Assembly (NCBI GenBank): GCA_973851085.1
Contig: OZ316776.1
Location: forward strand, 15,004,001-15,068,000
Source: Ptychomitrium polyphyllum
Taxonomy: Eukaryota
Length of the DNA: 64,000 nucleotides
Direction of reading: 5' to 3'
Made by a program: the position numbers and the translations under genes. The notes beneath the pieces were generated by a model. The model worked only from the letters and a program-made list of their open reading frames with translations. It was not told the DNA's origin and searched no databases. This document shows positions 12,501 through 26,532 of this stretch, one piece after another (position 1 is the first letter of the stretch; the number at the start of each line of letters is the position of its first letter).

Positions 12501-14310
12501 TATGTTTTGATTAGTCTCTATTGTTGAGCTAGACATTGGCGTGGCATAAACGGCATAGATTGGTTCATCCTTTGCTGCTCTCATAAATGCCTTTGCTCCA
12601 ATAAATGATGGTCCAAGATTTCTCGTACCTTCGCGTCTTTTCCTTGAGACCACACTCCGTGAGCGCCAGTTTATGTCTCGATTAGGTAATTCAAACCAAG
12701 GAAGGCCCAAAACAATAGGATTTGTTTGGCATTGAATGATGTTGAAGACAATCTTAGATGTCTGGTCTCCTAAAACAACGTCCAATGGTTGAGTTTTTTC
12801 AATAACGTTGCCAGACGCAAGAGATCGTCCATCATTAACTTCATCAGGTGCGGGATATTTTTTCTTCACAAGCACCATATGATGTTTGGTTGCAAAATCC
12901 TTGTCCATAAAACATGCCGTTGCACCAGTGTCTAAGAGAGCCTCGCTAATTATTTCATCATCTAACAAATTAATTTTGATAGGAAATGTAAAACAAGAGG
13001 TAGGGCTTGAAGGTAGTAAGAGACCTTGATTTGATGGTCGTTTCTTTGTGGTGTCCAGTCGCATGGTCCCTACTGTGACTGGACAGCCTCGTTTTCCAAC
13101 TCCACCATTGTGCTATGAGCCTTAAAAGTAGATCCTTTGACTTGGCAGTTGCGCACTTTATGTCCAGACTTGCCACAATACAAACATAGGTTTTCTCTTC
13201 GACGCCTTTCTTTTTCTTCTGGAGTCATGCATCTGAACTGGGCAGCATCAATTTACATAGGTTCTGGTCCTTGCGGTCGGCTTTCAGATGCTCTTGAAGA
13301 AGTGGTAGCCATGCTTTGATGTATTGGTCGCCATCCCAAGCGTTGTTCTTGGCGCCTCTCAAATAGTCTGTTGTCACATGCTATTGCCTGAGTGATGAAT
13401 TCGTCCAATGTTTCAACTCTTGGCATTGTGAGTAGCAAGTCCTTGACATTCTCTCTTAAGCTCCATTGAAATTGTGTGACCAAGGCTTTATTATTCCAGT
13501 CAAGGTCGCAAGCTAATTGTCGAAACTCTGCAGCATATGTAGCAGCTGAGCGCTGCCCTTATTGGAGACTTTGGATCCTTGTCTCAGCCACGCTATCTCA
13601 GTCGGTGTTTTTAAAAGTAGATGTCAATGCTTCTATAAAAGCATCTAAGTTGTTTAATAATGAAGATTGCTTCTCCATTAGTGGTGCAAACCACGATAGT
13701 GCATTGTTTGATAAAAGAGTGGCCTCAAATCCTACTTGAGTAGTGCCATCAGGATAGCGAGATTGATGCAAACTAAGGAAGAGTCTTACTTGTTGAACAA
13801 AGCCTCTCAATTTCGATCTTGATCCATCAAACTTGTCTCGCATACTAATCTTTGGCTCTGAGTGGGTTCGACGGAAACCTTCTCTTCCAATATTGGCCTC
13901 TCGCAATCGAACAACCTCTTGATATAGGCTTTGAGTATCAACATTGGATTCTTCAGCTTTCCGAGTGTGTTGCTCCAAATTGTTGGTGGTATTAAAACGG
14001 GGGAGTTCCGTTCGATCTGTGTTTAATAACTCTTGAAGGTTTGCAATAGTTGCAAACCTATTCTCTGATGTTCCAGGCACATTATCCATTTCTTAAGACT
14101 CTCAAAGACAGAAAGAGTATGAGTATCTTCAAAGAAGGAAATCTACGTATTTTGAAAGAAGTAATACTTGATTCTAGAAGGAGAAACCAACTCTATGGTG
14201 CCAGCTTAGAGGAGGGTAATCCGCAACCTTTAAAACGCTATGGAATCCTAAAGAAGATGGGTAATCCACAATCTTCTTCAAAGAACCTTACCTCTGACAA
14301 AGATGAAAAG

Positions 14311-14322
14311 TAGTCTTGCCAA
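14311..14322 (-). promoter_or_regulatory. Primer-binding site TTGGCAAGACTA complementary to the element's own predicted 5' RNA end
   Basis: Lies 2 nt after the LTR end and has perfect 12-nt complementarity to 14458-14469. There is no TGGTATCAGAGC-type tRNA PBS. Confidence 0.75.
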
Positions 14323-14918
14323 ACTGTTAGGGACACAAGAAACAAGAAGCAGAAACGAAGTTTTTCCCAAGAATTAGCTTCCAAAGAGCTAATGATTAAC
14401 AAGAAGTTGATACAAAGACTAGAACAAGGTAGGATTCAAGATGATCCACAACTTGTGTTGGCAAGACTAAGGATTACCTTGTCTTGCCTCCTATTTATAC
14501 TGAGACGTTTGTACCTCCTATGATACTTCTAAAGAAGCTTCCTAGAAGGCTTAAGAATGTTCTAGAAGTCTAAAGAATCTTCCCAAGAAGTTTCCTAAAA
14601 TGTTGGAACCTTCCTAAGTAGCTTCCAAGGAATTGGAACCTTCTATGGAAGCTTCCAAGGAGTTGGAACCTTCCTTGGAAGTTTTTTAAAACAGCGGAAC
14701 CTTCTTAGGAAGTATCCTAGGAAGTTTCCTAGGAAGTAACCTAAGATGATAGAACCTTCCTGGAAGTTTCCTAAGGTGGAGGAACTTTCTTAGGAAGCTT
14801 CCTAAAAACATAAAAAAGACTACGGAGACATCTAAAAGTATTCTAAGAAACTATTCTATTATACTAAAAGGTTCTAGAATGTTCTAAGGACTATGTTGGA
14901 TGATTTATGTCCGTGGCA

Positions 14919-17900
14919 GACTATACAGCCTTGAATAAAGCCACCATCAAGAACAACTATCATTTGCCACGCATTGTTGACCTCTTTGATAGATTGGCGA
15001 GAGCTAAATACTTTAGTCGGATAGACTTGAAGTCGGGCTACTCTCAAATCCGCATTGCGGATGAAGATGTGCCAAAGACCGCATGCCGCACTAGGTATGG
15101 GTCCTATGAATTTTTGGTGATGCCATTCGGGTTGTGTAATGCTCCTTCGATGTGTATGACCCTCATGAATACCATCTTTTGAGAAGAGATGGATGACTTT
15201 GTCATTGTTTATATTGATGACATCTTGGTGTAGTCCAAGTTGGCGGAGGAACATGCAAGGCACCTCGAAGTGGTGCTTCAAAAACTTAGGGACCACAAAC
15301 TTTATGCCAACGGAGAAAAGAGTGAGTTTGCTCAACTTGAGATTGAGTTCTTGGGCCATATAGTGACGGATGATGAAATCAAGCCGGACATAAGAAAGAT
15401 AAAGGCAATTAGAGAGTGGAAACAACCTTCTACACAAAAGGAGCTGAGATCATTTCTTGGCCTAGCAAATTATTACAGGAGGTTCATACGCAACTTCTCC
15501 AAAATTGCTAGACCTTTGTCCGACTTGTTGAAGAAAGGAGCTAGCCAAGTATGGGATGGATTTTGTCACCAAGCTTTTCAAGAACTCAAGGATAAGTTGT
15601 CATAACCGCCGGTATTGAAGTTTCTCGAGTTTGAAAAGCCCTTTGAGGTCCACACGGATGCAAGTGACTTTGGCATTGGCGGAGTGCTCATGCAAGAAGG
15701 CATGCCAATTGCCTATGAGAGCAAGAAGTTGGATGGATGCCAAAAGAGGTGGCCCACGCACGAGAAAGAACTCTTTGCTGTAGTGCATTGTTTGAAAACA
15801 TGGCGGCACTACTTGGGCCTACATAAAACCAAAGTCTACACGGACAACGTGTCCTTGAAGTACTTTGAGTCGCAAGCGCAAATGAATGCAAAACAATTGA
15901 GGTGGCATGACACCTTGGCACTCATGAATGTGGATTTGATCCACAAGCCGGGGTGTGACAATGTAGTGCCGGATGCTCTAAGTAGGCGGGAGGAGTTGCA
16001 AGCGATGGGCACAACCGAAGTCCTGCGAGTAATGTACAAAAGAGAAGGCAATTTGGAAAGGAAGATAAGAGAGGGGTACATGAAGGACTCCGAAGCACAA
16101 AGGCTTCTCGGTGGGCTTAAAAAGGGTAAGAAACTCAAGGAAATTAAGTTGGAGAAGGGATTGCTCAAGTACAAACAAAGTCGGGTGTATGTGCCTCGAG
16201 GAAAACTACGGTTGTTGGTTTTGAAAGAAGAACATGATAGTCCCATAGCCGGCCATAGAGGGGAAAAAACCACCATAGCGGCGGTGTCAAGAAGGTACTA
16301 TTGGCCAGGCATGAAAGCGGACATCACCAATTTTGTAAAAACTTGTGTGAAGTGCCAACTCAATAGAGCCTCTTACCAAAAGCAAGCCGGTCTACTACAA
16401 CCTTTGCCAATTCCGCCGGGTCCATGGCATAATGTGTCCATGGACTTCATCACAAGTCTTTCGGAATCGCAAGGGCATAATGCCATCTTTGTGATGGTGG
16501 ATCGCTTTAGCAAGTTGGCGCACATGGTGCCAACTAGAGGAATCGTAACTGCACATGAGACCGCAAAGCTATTCCTTGATGCATGGTGGAAACATCACGG
16601 GTTGCCGAGAGTGATTGTATCGGACTAAGATCCAAAATTCACTAGTGCTCTTTGGAAACATTTCTTTAGGAAAGTTGGAACCAAATTGACGTTTAGCACT
16701 GCCTTCCATCCTCAAACGGATGGACAAACGGAACAAGTGAACGGAGTCTTGAACCAATACTTGAGGAACTTTGTGAGTGCAGACCAGTGCAATTGGGTGG
16801 ATTATGTGAGCCTTGCGGAGTTCAGTTACAATGCGGCCAACTATTTGGCGACAAAGCAGTCGCCATTTAAGGTGGCCTATGGAGTGGAGCCACTCTAGCC
16901 TGCCGACTTAGCTCTCAAACGTGCACATTCAACACTAGAGTTTAACCAAGATGGTAAAGACTTGGCCAAAAAGCGAGAACAAATGATGGAAAAGACCAAG
17001 CTTTTGTTGGAAAAAGCACAAAAGCGGTACGAGAAACAAGTCAATGCCGGAAGACGTGAAGTGGAGTATGAAGTAGGCCAAAAGGTATTGTTGAATGTGA
17101 AGAACTTTAGCTTGCCCGAAGGCCTCATTCCAAAGTTCATGTCCAAGTTTGCGGGACCGTTTTCCATTGAAGAGCGCATGTTTAAAGACGTGTACAAGTT
17201 GGAGCTACCACCTGAAATCAAAGTGCACCCAACATTTCATGTCTCACTCCTTAAGCCATTCAAAAAAGATACCTTGTGGCCCAATCGCAAACAAGTGATT
17301 TGGCCACCGCCGGAATTGGTAGGCGACCACTTGGAATACGAAGTAGAAGGAATTCTCAAGTGTAGGCACCACAAGAAAATAGGAAAAGAGTATTTGGTGA
17401 AGTGGAGAGGGTACCATGAAAAGGAAGCAACTTGGGTAGCAGCCAAGGACTTGGAAAATGCCAATGAAGTGGTGGAACGCTTTGAGAAGGATAGGAACTC
17501 CAACAAAAGACAACGTCAGCATTGATGAGGACATCAATCTCTTTTAGTAGGGGGAGAGAGACTTGTAGCAGTAACTTCTTCACATTATGTATTGGTTCTT
17601 TGACTTATGGAAATAAAGTTCAACTTTTGGGTGTGCAAAGAGAAGAATATAAGATGACATCCTAGTCTTGTGCTTATGCTGAGTTGGTAGAAGAGGGGGA
17701 ATAGACATGTGAAACCAAGTTGGGAAGGCCGAGTAATGTAAACCAAGGCTTGGAGGAGAAATGGTTAAAACCATGAAACCTCCTCGCCTCGTACTTGTCC
17801 GGGCGAGGACAAGGTAATGGCACGTGCTCATAAAAGCGCCACTCCTACAAACTAACAAAAGTTAGTGCATGGGAGTCATGAACCTATGTCTCAATAGAGA

Positions 17901-19459
17901 TAGTGAGATCCAGGTTGGGCGGAACTTGGCATTACCCCCGTGCGATCGAGTCGTGGAATAAAAGCCACCTTGGGTTTGCAACCAAGACAACTGGGTGGAG
18001 CATTGAGGTCCAGCCTAGTCAGAAAGGAAGACTTAAGGCAATGTAGCCTAAGTAGGAGTGTATCCCAAGAGGGTCTCAATGTAGGTAGGTCTAGAGTAGT
18101 TTAGGGCCTCAAGGATTTTTGTCTACGGTGCCTAAGTAGACCACCTCCTAAACGACACCTTTGAGACTTTGCCAAAGACTTATGAGTGCATTGTGGGGGT
18201 TGCACCCTGGATGAAACACAATGGTGCACCACTAGAGAATGGCAACCTTGGAATTGGTGTGCCGACTACAAGTATAGTCGATGAGGGCATTGACTCCATT
18301 AAGGTGGAGGTGAGTGTCGCGCACCTGTCTTACAGGAGTGCCCGCAACACTAAGGACACAAGGGAGATTCCGGAGTGACGTCCGGGACTTGTGGCGCCGA
18401 TAGTGAGGAGAACCGAGTGAGCCTAGCGTGGGATGGACCCTGAGGGAGAAAAACATCCTTGCCCATGTAGACTGAGGACCACAAGGGATAAATCATAGGC
18501 ATTGGAGGAATCACAAAGAGCTGATTCTAGAATGCTAAAGATTGCTCAAATCGGACAAGGGAGCTAAAAGTTATGGCATCCCAAAATTGAGGTTGCCAAG
18601 GGGCTGTTCTCGATTGTGGCAGCCCTACACAATGACTGTACTGGATTGGGACAGTCCAGGGAGGGACTCCTCGGGAGTCCCGAACCTTAAGAGAGGCATA
18701 TCTTCCAGAGTATTAACTCAAATCGGACGTTTGAAGAGTCTATCGGCATCTACGCAAAGAGTAGATGACAGTAGATTGGTTGCTCAATAGATTTTGGCAC
18801 CAGACAAGGAAGATATGGCTCCCTGGAGGTCCGTAGGAAGTTCCTGAGGCTTCCAGCAGCTAAGTCCCAAGGGAGATCGGGTGGGCTTCCAAAAGTTTGG
18901 GTGTGTTAGGATTCAGCCAGCTACAAAGGGCCAGAGGGCCTGCCGAATCCCACAAAGAGTACTATAGGGGAGGGCTAGTCCTCCTTCCCACTACTCTAGT
19001 GTCCCGGTAGAAACCAAGGGTGAATCCCAGTTGGTGGAGCTAGTGTTGGGGCTTCACCACGGGGACTCCCACACCATTGTGAGCCGGTGGATGGCCGGTT
19101 TCACGGAGGAGACTAGTACGTTTAAAAGGGCACGCTTGTTACTACTAAGTTGGGGTGGTGTCTTCACGCCGGCACCATGTTGGCCCGAAGTGATCTTAGG
19201 ATTGCATGGGGATCATGAGTGGTGGTAAAGAGACACCACTAAGTGTGGTTAGGCCGTGTGGAATGGGAGTAATATCAAGTGAGGCCTTGGACATGAATGG
19301 AAGTCCGCACCTAACCATTGGCTACAAATCAATTGGGTGTCCTAAGAGAAATGGTAGAAAGACTTGGAGAGTGAGAATGGAGGTTAATCATGTGCATGTG
19401 GAGGTGTACGGAGTTGACGCGCGTGATGCTTGCTAAGGTGCATTACAAGGATTGTGACA
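14919..19459 (+). mobile_element. Ty3/Gypsy chromovirus family B, 3' half (RT-RH-IN-chromodomain to 17525; 3' LTR 18315-19459)
   Basis: [26 protein letters not shown], integrase core, chromodomain EYEVEGILKCR..EYLVKWRGY. PPT AAGGTGGAGGTGAG precedes a TG...CA LTR. Several premature stops. Confidence 0.93.
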
Positions 19460-20187
19460 GGTTCCCAATTGTAATTGCTAGATAGTTGTTGCTTTGGAAT
19501 TGTCGTATTGATGCAGAGATTGCCGCCAAGCCAATTATTGCGCAATTGCCACGTAGGTGCCAAAGATTTCATCGCAAACTATCCGTTGCGGGGTTGTTGC
19601 ACGAGAACAATTTCCTTCGAGAATACTGCCAGTGTTCTATTATTTTAAGTTTTGTTGCTACTTTGCACACTGTTCCTACTTCCAATTTGCTGCTGCCGCC
19701 ATGGCCTTCACTTTGTTCTTTGACTCCCTATTTTTTGCTTGACCTCCTGCTCTTCTACCCGTCTGATAAGGTATTGTTTCTCCTTGAACAAGCTCTGAAA
19801 GAAAGGTAAAAAAAAAACTACAAAGTCCTAATTAAATTAGGGTTGTTCTCTTCTTCTACAGTCTTACAAACACTTGCTAACTCTTACTCCACTCATTCCT
19901 TTCTAAAACTATTGCATTAATCTTAATTCTTGCTTACTTCTTTTTCACTTCTATAAAACTTACGTGCTATTCCCTCATTCCTTCAAAAAATTCTTTTCCA
20001 AGACTTTCTTCTAAGAGATTTCTTCCTCCCATTCTACTATTAATTCCATTCTTTGTAATTCCAAACTCTAAATCTTGTTCTTCCAAACCCCCTTCAAACT
20101 ACTCTAACAACTCCTTAAATACCCTCTTCCAATTCTTGAATTTCCTAACCGAATAATAACAATAATTTTTCCAATTCTAGAATTTTT

Positions 20188-20325
20188 AAATACAGTTGCA
20201 GTTCTAAAATCAACCACTGTTCTAGATTTTGACTATCTTTCTAAATATAGCTGCAGGTCTAAAATCAATAGCTCTTATAGATCTTGATTGTTATTCTAAA
20301 TTTAGTTGCGGTTCTAAAATCAGCT
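20188..20325. repeat. 55-bp tandem repeat, about 2.5 diverged copies (duplicate at about 62806-62943)
   Basis: Units start at 20188, 20243 and 20298 (AAAT..AG.TGC.G.TCTAAAATCA). Confidence 0.7.
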
Positions 20326-20599
20326 ATAAATGTATCCAAGTTGTAGGATTCATCTTTCTTTCTATAATTCCATTCTTGCATTGGTCTTAAGTGTTATGGA
20401 CCATGAGCATCTGCCCACTTGCCCTTTACTTCCTTTAATAACAACTATAATTCAATTTCTTTTGCCTTAATTAGACCTAATCTCTTCTACAATGTTTTTT
20501 TTTAATCATTTTTTTAGGAAAAATTCTATAATGAACTTACATATCTTTTTGGTGATTATTTCAAAAAAAATATTTTGTAAAAGAATAAAAGTCAATAGA

Positions 20600-21350
20600 A
20601 ATACTTCCAATCACTTGTATAAATTAATAAGTTCCAATCTTTGAAAAACAACATTAAAATGAATGAAAGTGTTAATGTCCATATCAAAGTTGTTATTCCA
20701 ATTTTTTAATTAAGATCTAGCAATATATTAAAAAAATATATGGATAAATAAAAAGGTATAGTATTAATTATTGAATAAGAATATCATCATGCCATTAAAA
20801 CTCATTGAAATCTATAAGTATTCAAAAAACCTGCAGTAGACCAAAATAAAAACATTGCAGCCAAATATGAAGCAAGTTGATAAAACAACCATTCAAATTG
20901 TAACTCCATCTATAGAATCTAAATTATATAAATTTCAAAAATAAATTTATATTAAATTATTGTAAGGTTTCAATGATGCAAAGTGCAAATTTTAAACTTA
21001 CAACTTTAAATGGGCAGGTAATTGTCCTTATTGGTCTCTATCTTGAAGAATAATGTTGCAAAATAGAATTATGAACAAATCATTTTGCCTTACAAATTAA
21101 TAGGAAAAGTTGCTCATTTAATGCAGCCTTTGTTTTGTAGTCCATTTAAAGGTGAAAAAGGTGGAGTTTTTGAAGAAGTGGCCTACACAAATTTTGTATT
21201 ATCAAGTGTAAGAATGCATAATGAAAGAACTTTGGGCATTATTAAGAATAGATGGGTGATATTGCTAAATTGAATGACATGTTTCTTAATAATGTGCTTG
21301 ATGTGGTTACAACATATAATTTCTTATATAACCTTTGCATCATTTAGCCT
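20600..21350 (+). pseudogene. Highly degenerate PIF/Harbinger-type DDE transposase remnant
   Basis: PYKLIGKVAHLMQPLFCSPFKG...NFVLSSVRMHNERTLGIIKNRWVIL resembles the Harbinger GD.AYP...PF...FN..LSS.R..VE.AFG.LK.RW.IL motif. Boundaries are approximate. Confidence 0.65.
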
Positions 21351-24300
21351 CTATTTTTGTAGTGTATTCTACCATGCTAGATAATAATCTAATAGCCTAA
21401 TCACAAAATTTAGATTTATGAATTAATTCTTTTTTCCAAGAAGCTAGTTAGTTATTGGAATCAAGCTTGTTGTTCTTAAAAGCAACACTTTAGCAAGGTT
21501 TTTAAATTTTGAACTTTCTAAGAATTATGACATTTGAAACAATACCAAAGAATCAAGACTTGTCTAAAATAATGTGTTCAAAAGCTTTGTAAAGTTATTC
21601 ATACTTCATAATTTTTTTAATTGTTGAGCCAATTATTCTAATTTGGAAAAAGTAAGTTATATGGAATTGAATAGAAATCAATGGAGCTTCAAGTTGAATC
21701 CGTCTCAGTCACATCAAGGCTTTGTTTTAGACCCATTATAGATTTGTCCAAATGTGTTTGGATCCCCCTAATATTGGATGATGAAATGAAAAGGCCTTTG
21801 TACTTGTCTATGTATACTATGAAATATATCAATTTTAAAAAGAATTACTTGTGCGTTTAGATATTTTATAGAATCAAGAAGTATAACAACAATTTGAATA
21901 TTGGAATATTGTCTACATTCTAATGTACAACATTTAGCATCTACTAGACACCTATATGTTGAACAACCTTTTCTTTCATTAACTATCAACAAATTTTTCA
22001 TTTGTTGTAGCAGTGATATGCTTCATACCAAATTGAAATATCAATTGTCAAAGGCACAAATTTAGAACGTATATCAAAAAAATTCAAAAATGGGCTTTAT
22101 AATTTTGTCTTTTTGTACTACTTTGAAAACCTATTTGGTTTACAAATTTGGAAAGAATACATGGCATTCCCATATGAAGCTCAAGCAACATACTCACATC
22201 TAATCTATACATTACAAAACATTTCTAAAATTTAACTTCATACAAAGATTATGAGAGATTTAATATAATTTTCAAGTCTAACATTAATATTAAATTCTAA
22301 CCAAGATAAATTTGATTCTTAAAAATGTCATTATTTTTTGTATAGTTCAATAGATGGTATTATTTATAATTATTTATAACAACTTCTATTATATTTTAAA
22401 GTGGACTAGTCTTACTCAACAATAGAAGCCAATATGAAAACACCTTAGATTTTGTAAATAAGCAAAACTTGCCATCATTTATATCAAATTGTCAAGGCCT
22501 TTGTTTCCTAATAATCTAAATAAAATCCAAACAATAACTAGCCTAAACAAGACTTATAGAAAATAAATGGAAAAGAAAGAAGATTAAGACTTTAATCATC
22601 CAATCAACCTTATAATGTCATCATTCACACTTTGGGCCTCTTCAAACTCCAATATCCTCTAATTTGGTCATTTTAAACCAAACCAAGAAATAAACATATT
22701 TCCATTTAAATCCTAGAAGATAATTAATCTTCCTAACTTCATATGAAGTGATACTTTTGAACCTTTTTGTTTATCACAAACATGCTTTTATTTATTTTTA
22801 CAATGTAATCAGTGCCTAAATATTAAAATCCTTCTAATTACTCTTATTCAAAAGGTTTTCTCTTCCTTCAATGTAGAAAGCAACATTTTGTATGGTTTTG
22901 TTTTTTTTCACAAATTTATTTTTTTTGCAATTAAATTCTCTTATCAACTTCCTCAATTAATTCAAAAAACTCAAAAGATGATTGTAAAAGTGAGATATTA
23001 TAGGTTTTACTCTTACGACCCTTAATTGCCATAATTTAGTGCAAAAATTCTTTTATAATGTGTTAAAAGTTACATTTACTTGCTTTGCAAATGCAACAAC
23101 AATGTAATCATTAATATTCATTTGACATTATTTTTACTTCATTCTTTTACTCTTTATTTTTGATCTATCAAAATCATGCTTACTTTTTACAAAAATATCT
23201 CAATTGATATTGCACAACTTACTTGGTGTAGATTCTATAAGTAGTTTTAAAAGAATTAGCATATTAGCCACAAAATGTAAAACACTCCTATAAAGTAAAT
23301 GTGTAATTTTTTTGATATTCTAACATTCAATATATTCATAGATGATATTTAATTAATACTTTATATATTCTTTTAATATTCTTCAATTAATTTCAATATT
23401 GAATTTTAAGATTATTCATAAATTCCTAAGCCACACAATATAATTTGAATTTTTAAATTTTTAGAATATATTCTTTTTATACAACGTATCTATGATATAT
23501 GTGTATGATTTAAAATGAAGGAAACATAATCTATCTTTTATAAATTTGAACTTTATAGAATATTCATAGCATTTATAAATGCCTATCTATACACATAAGA
23601 GCATTAATGAGGGAGATATATTGCTATTGCCTAAAAAACTCCAAAATTATAGAGGTGCCATCCATATGTACATAGACAATCAAACAATTGAACAAACACA
23701 CAATCACAAGATTATTGAAGGAGTACAAAGAAAATCCATGCAATGTAGTTTATATAAGTTGGAAAGAAAACTTGTTCAAAAGGTTTAGAATTAAATGTTG
23801 AAATCTTCTAGAGTAGCGACAATGAAAATTGAGAAATGTTCTTGTAGGTTTTGGTAGGACTATAAATAAAAACTTGTAAATACAAAATGCAACAGTAGCA
23901 ACACAAAACTTGACTTAAAACATGGCAAAGAGCAAATCCACAAATATATTGCATTAGTAGGATGGTACATAGTATAGAAGTGCAATAATAAAAACAACAA
24001 GGACATTCAAATCTCTCAGCATGTATACCCTTTGCCTTGTACGATCTACTTTTGTTGTCTTGTAGACCTTGGATGGTGCAGTGTGGTGCGACATATAAAA
24101 GCTAGGTTTTAGGTGTGGCAATAGTTCCTAGATATGAATACCTTTGATGCCATGAAATTAGCAATTCATTGGTTAGCACTCATGGAGGTTGTTATCTTGC
24201 AGAGAGCAATGTTGAAGAGAATGATGTGTCATGTATCATAGATTACCCGACGATATCATATTGGATCGTAGATCATAGTTTGTATCAAGATTTTGAAAGC

Positions 24301-25318
24301 CGCTCTTTGAAATCTTTAAGGTGGACATCAAACTTTTTTTTGCCTTCCATCCTCAAACGGATGGCCAAACAGAGCAAGTCAACCAAATCTTTGACCAATA
24401 TTTGAGGTGTACCATCAACTACCAACAAGATGATTGGGCTTCCTACTTGACATTAGCTGAGTTTGCTTACAACAACACCACTTACGCTTCCATCTTACAA
24501 ATGCCATTCTATTCCAACTATGGACATCATCCAAAAATGAATATATTTGAGCCTCCACGATCTGAAAATCCATCAACAGAGGAATTTGCCAAAAGAATGG
24601 CAAAGCTTCAAACAACCATGAAGACTCAACCACAAAAAGCTCAAGAATGATACAAATCAACAATAGATGCAACAAGAAAGGAACAACCTCCATTCTAAGT
24701 TGGTGAAAAGGGGTGGCTCTTTTGACGCAATATAAGGACCAATAGGTCATGTGACAAGCTAAATTATTGCAGATTGAGACCATTTGCAATCAAAAAAACA
24801 AGTCAACTAAGTGGCATATCATTTGGAACTACCAACATCAATGAAGGTACATCCCATCTTCCACATTTCACTTTTGGAAACTTATAAGGAATCAAATATT
24901 CTTGAGCGAAGGCAGCTGCCACCATCTGTAGTCGAAATTGGCAATCATCATGAATTTGAAGTGTAAGAAGTGCTTGACTCACGGATAAGACGTGGAAAAC
25001 TAGAATATTTGGTACATTGGCGTGGATATGACATTAGTGAACATACATGGGAGCTAGCTAATAACCTTGTGAATTCACCAGTAAAAATTTGTGAGTTCCA
25101 TCGACAACATCCATCGAAACTAAAAGTAGTAGTAGATGGGATAGTAGCTCAGTAAGATTGCATAACCTTAAAGGCTCTTGATGCATGGGCTTTTAAGTAG
25201 GAGAAAAAACAATTCTTAGATCATAAGTTTCCAAAGCCCAAGACATGATTTAGATATTAGTCGTTTGTATTTTGAAGTTTGTCATAGTTTTTTGAGACTA
25301 GCTTGACATATATTAGAT

Positions 25319-26124
25319 ATGGACAACCAAGATGCAGATACCATGCTAGTGGTGTCAAGCTTACCAAGTGGCTTTCATCGACGACCTCGTGATGAAGAAC
25401 AGACTGGATCAAAAAGACGTCAGAGGATATCCAACAATAGATTGTTGGTGATTGTCTTTGAAGTGGAGCTAGTTTACAAAGGTTATCTAAAAGTTATTTT
25501 TGAAGAACGCTTTCACAACGAAGATACAAAAGTTCATGTTTGGTTTCAAGTAGAAGGCATTGGATACTATTGGTGGTTGCTGTTACAGACAATGTAACCA
25601 CAAGAGAAGGCTTGAGGATTTCGGGATGTAGAACAAGATATGTTCAAGATATATTAAAAATATAGAGCTACAACAATGTACAAAAGACAAGGCTAGAAGG
25701 TTTAAACTAATCAACAAGAGATGTGTTGTTGAGACTGAAGAGTTCTTTAGCTTCAACTCCTATATATTAGGATTATAAGCCTTAGAAGCTTCTTAGGAAG
25801 CTTCACCTACATTGTTTTGTACTCAAGCAACCTTGAGTTGCTTCTTTAGAAGTTTCCTAGGCCAAGGTAACTTCCTTGGAAGCTTCCTAAGCCAAGGCAA
25901 CTTCCTTAGAAGATTCTTCAACTGAGGCAATTTCTTTGGAAGCTTTCTAAGCTCAAAGTAACTTCCTTGGAAACTTTCTAAATCTTCTAAGAACCCATCT
26001 AAATGCTTCTAATATGTATGTCTGTGACAGTTACAAGGACCTATGAACTATATGATGAAAAAAAGGCAATTAGAACATGTTAGAGACACCATGCAACAAA
26101 TTTTTGACTTCTTACGACTTTGAG
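25319..26124 (+). pseudogene. Family D accessory ORF, homologous to the family A accessory ORF, split by a solo LTR
   Basis: Removing 25581-26034 gives ...NNRLLVIVFEVELVYKGYLKVIFEERF...EGIGYYWWLQGPMNYMMKKRQLEHVRDTMQQIFDFLRL*. Confidence 0.7.
25581..26029 (-). mobile_element. Family D solo LTR (antisense)
   Basis: TGTTACAGAC...TCTGTGACA is the inverted homolog of 26176-26532. Flanks GTTGC/GTTAC give a 4/5 TSD match. Confidence 0.85.
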
Positions 26125-26532
26125 CACTTATTGCAATATGTTCTTTGGAGACCTTGAAACTAGAAAGGGAAGTAATGTGATGGACATAAATATTAAAAAC
26201 ATCTAAAATGGTTCTTAGGAGGTTTAAAAAGCTTTTAAGGAAGTTACCTTGGCTTAGGAAGCTTTTAAAAAAACAACTCAAAGTTGCTTAAGTACAAAGT
26301 AATATAAGAGAAGCTTCCCAAGAAGCTTCCAAGGCTTGTAGTTTTATATATAGGAATTGAGGCTCAAGGAATCTTCAGTCTTGATAACATATTTTTTGTA
26401 GTCTAGCTCAAACCTTCTGGCTTTGTCTTTTATACCATGTTGTTGCTCCTTACCTCTAATATACTTTGGACATATTTTGTTCTACATCTTGGAATTTTGA
26501 AACCTTATTTTATAATTATTTTGTCTATAATA

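Larger units (their letters stand above)
8359..14918 (-). mobile_element. Family A copy A2 (3' LTR 8359-8930, accessory ORF 8986-9585, pol 9585-13064, gag to 14089, 5' LTR 14325-14918)
   Basis: Mirror image of A1 (coordinate sum 16329). The 5' LTR is flanked by GACTA inside the family B RT. Confidence 0.95.
24230..26532 (+). mobile_element. Degenerate chromovirus family D, 3' part (integrase, chromodomain, accessory ORF, PPT, 3' LTR 26176-26532)
   Basis: FHPQTDGQTEQVNQ, VHPIFHISLL, LDSRIRRGKLEYLVHWRGY. PPT AGAAAGGGAAGTAA precedes TGTGATGGACAT. Confidence 0.85.

Noticed and set aside
21400..24200. AT-rich stretch with short ORFs
   Set aside because: No family or structure could be supported by eye; probably decayed repeats or intergenic DNA.
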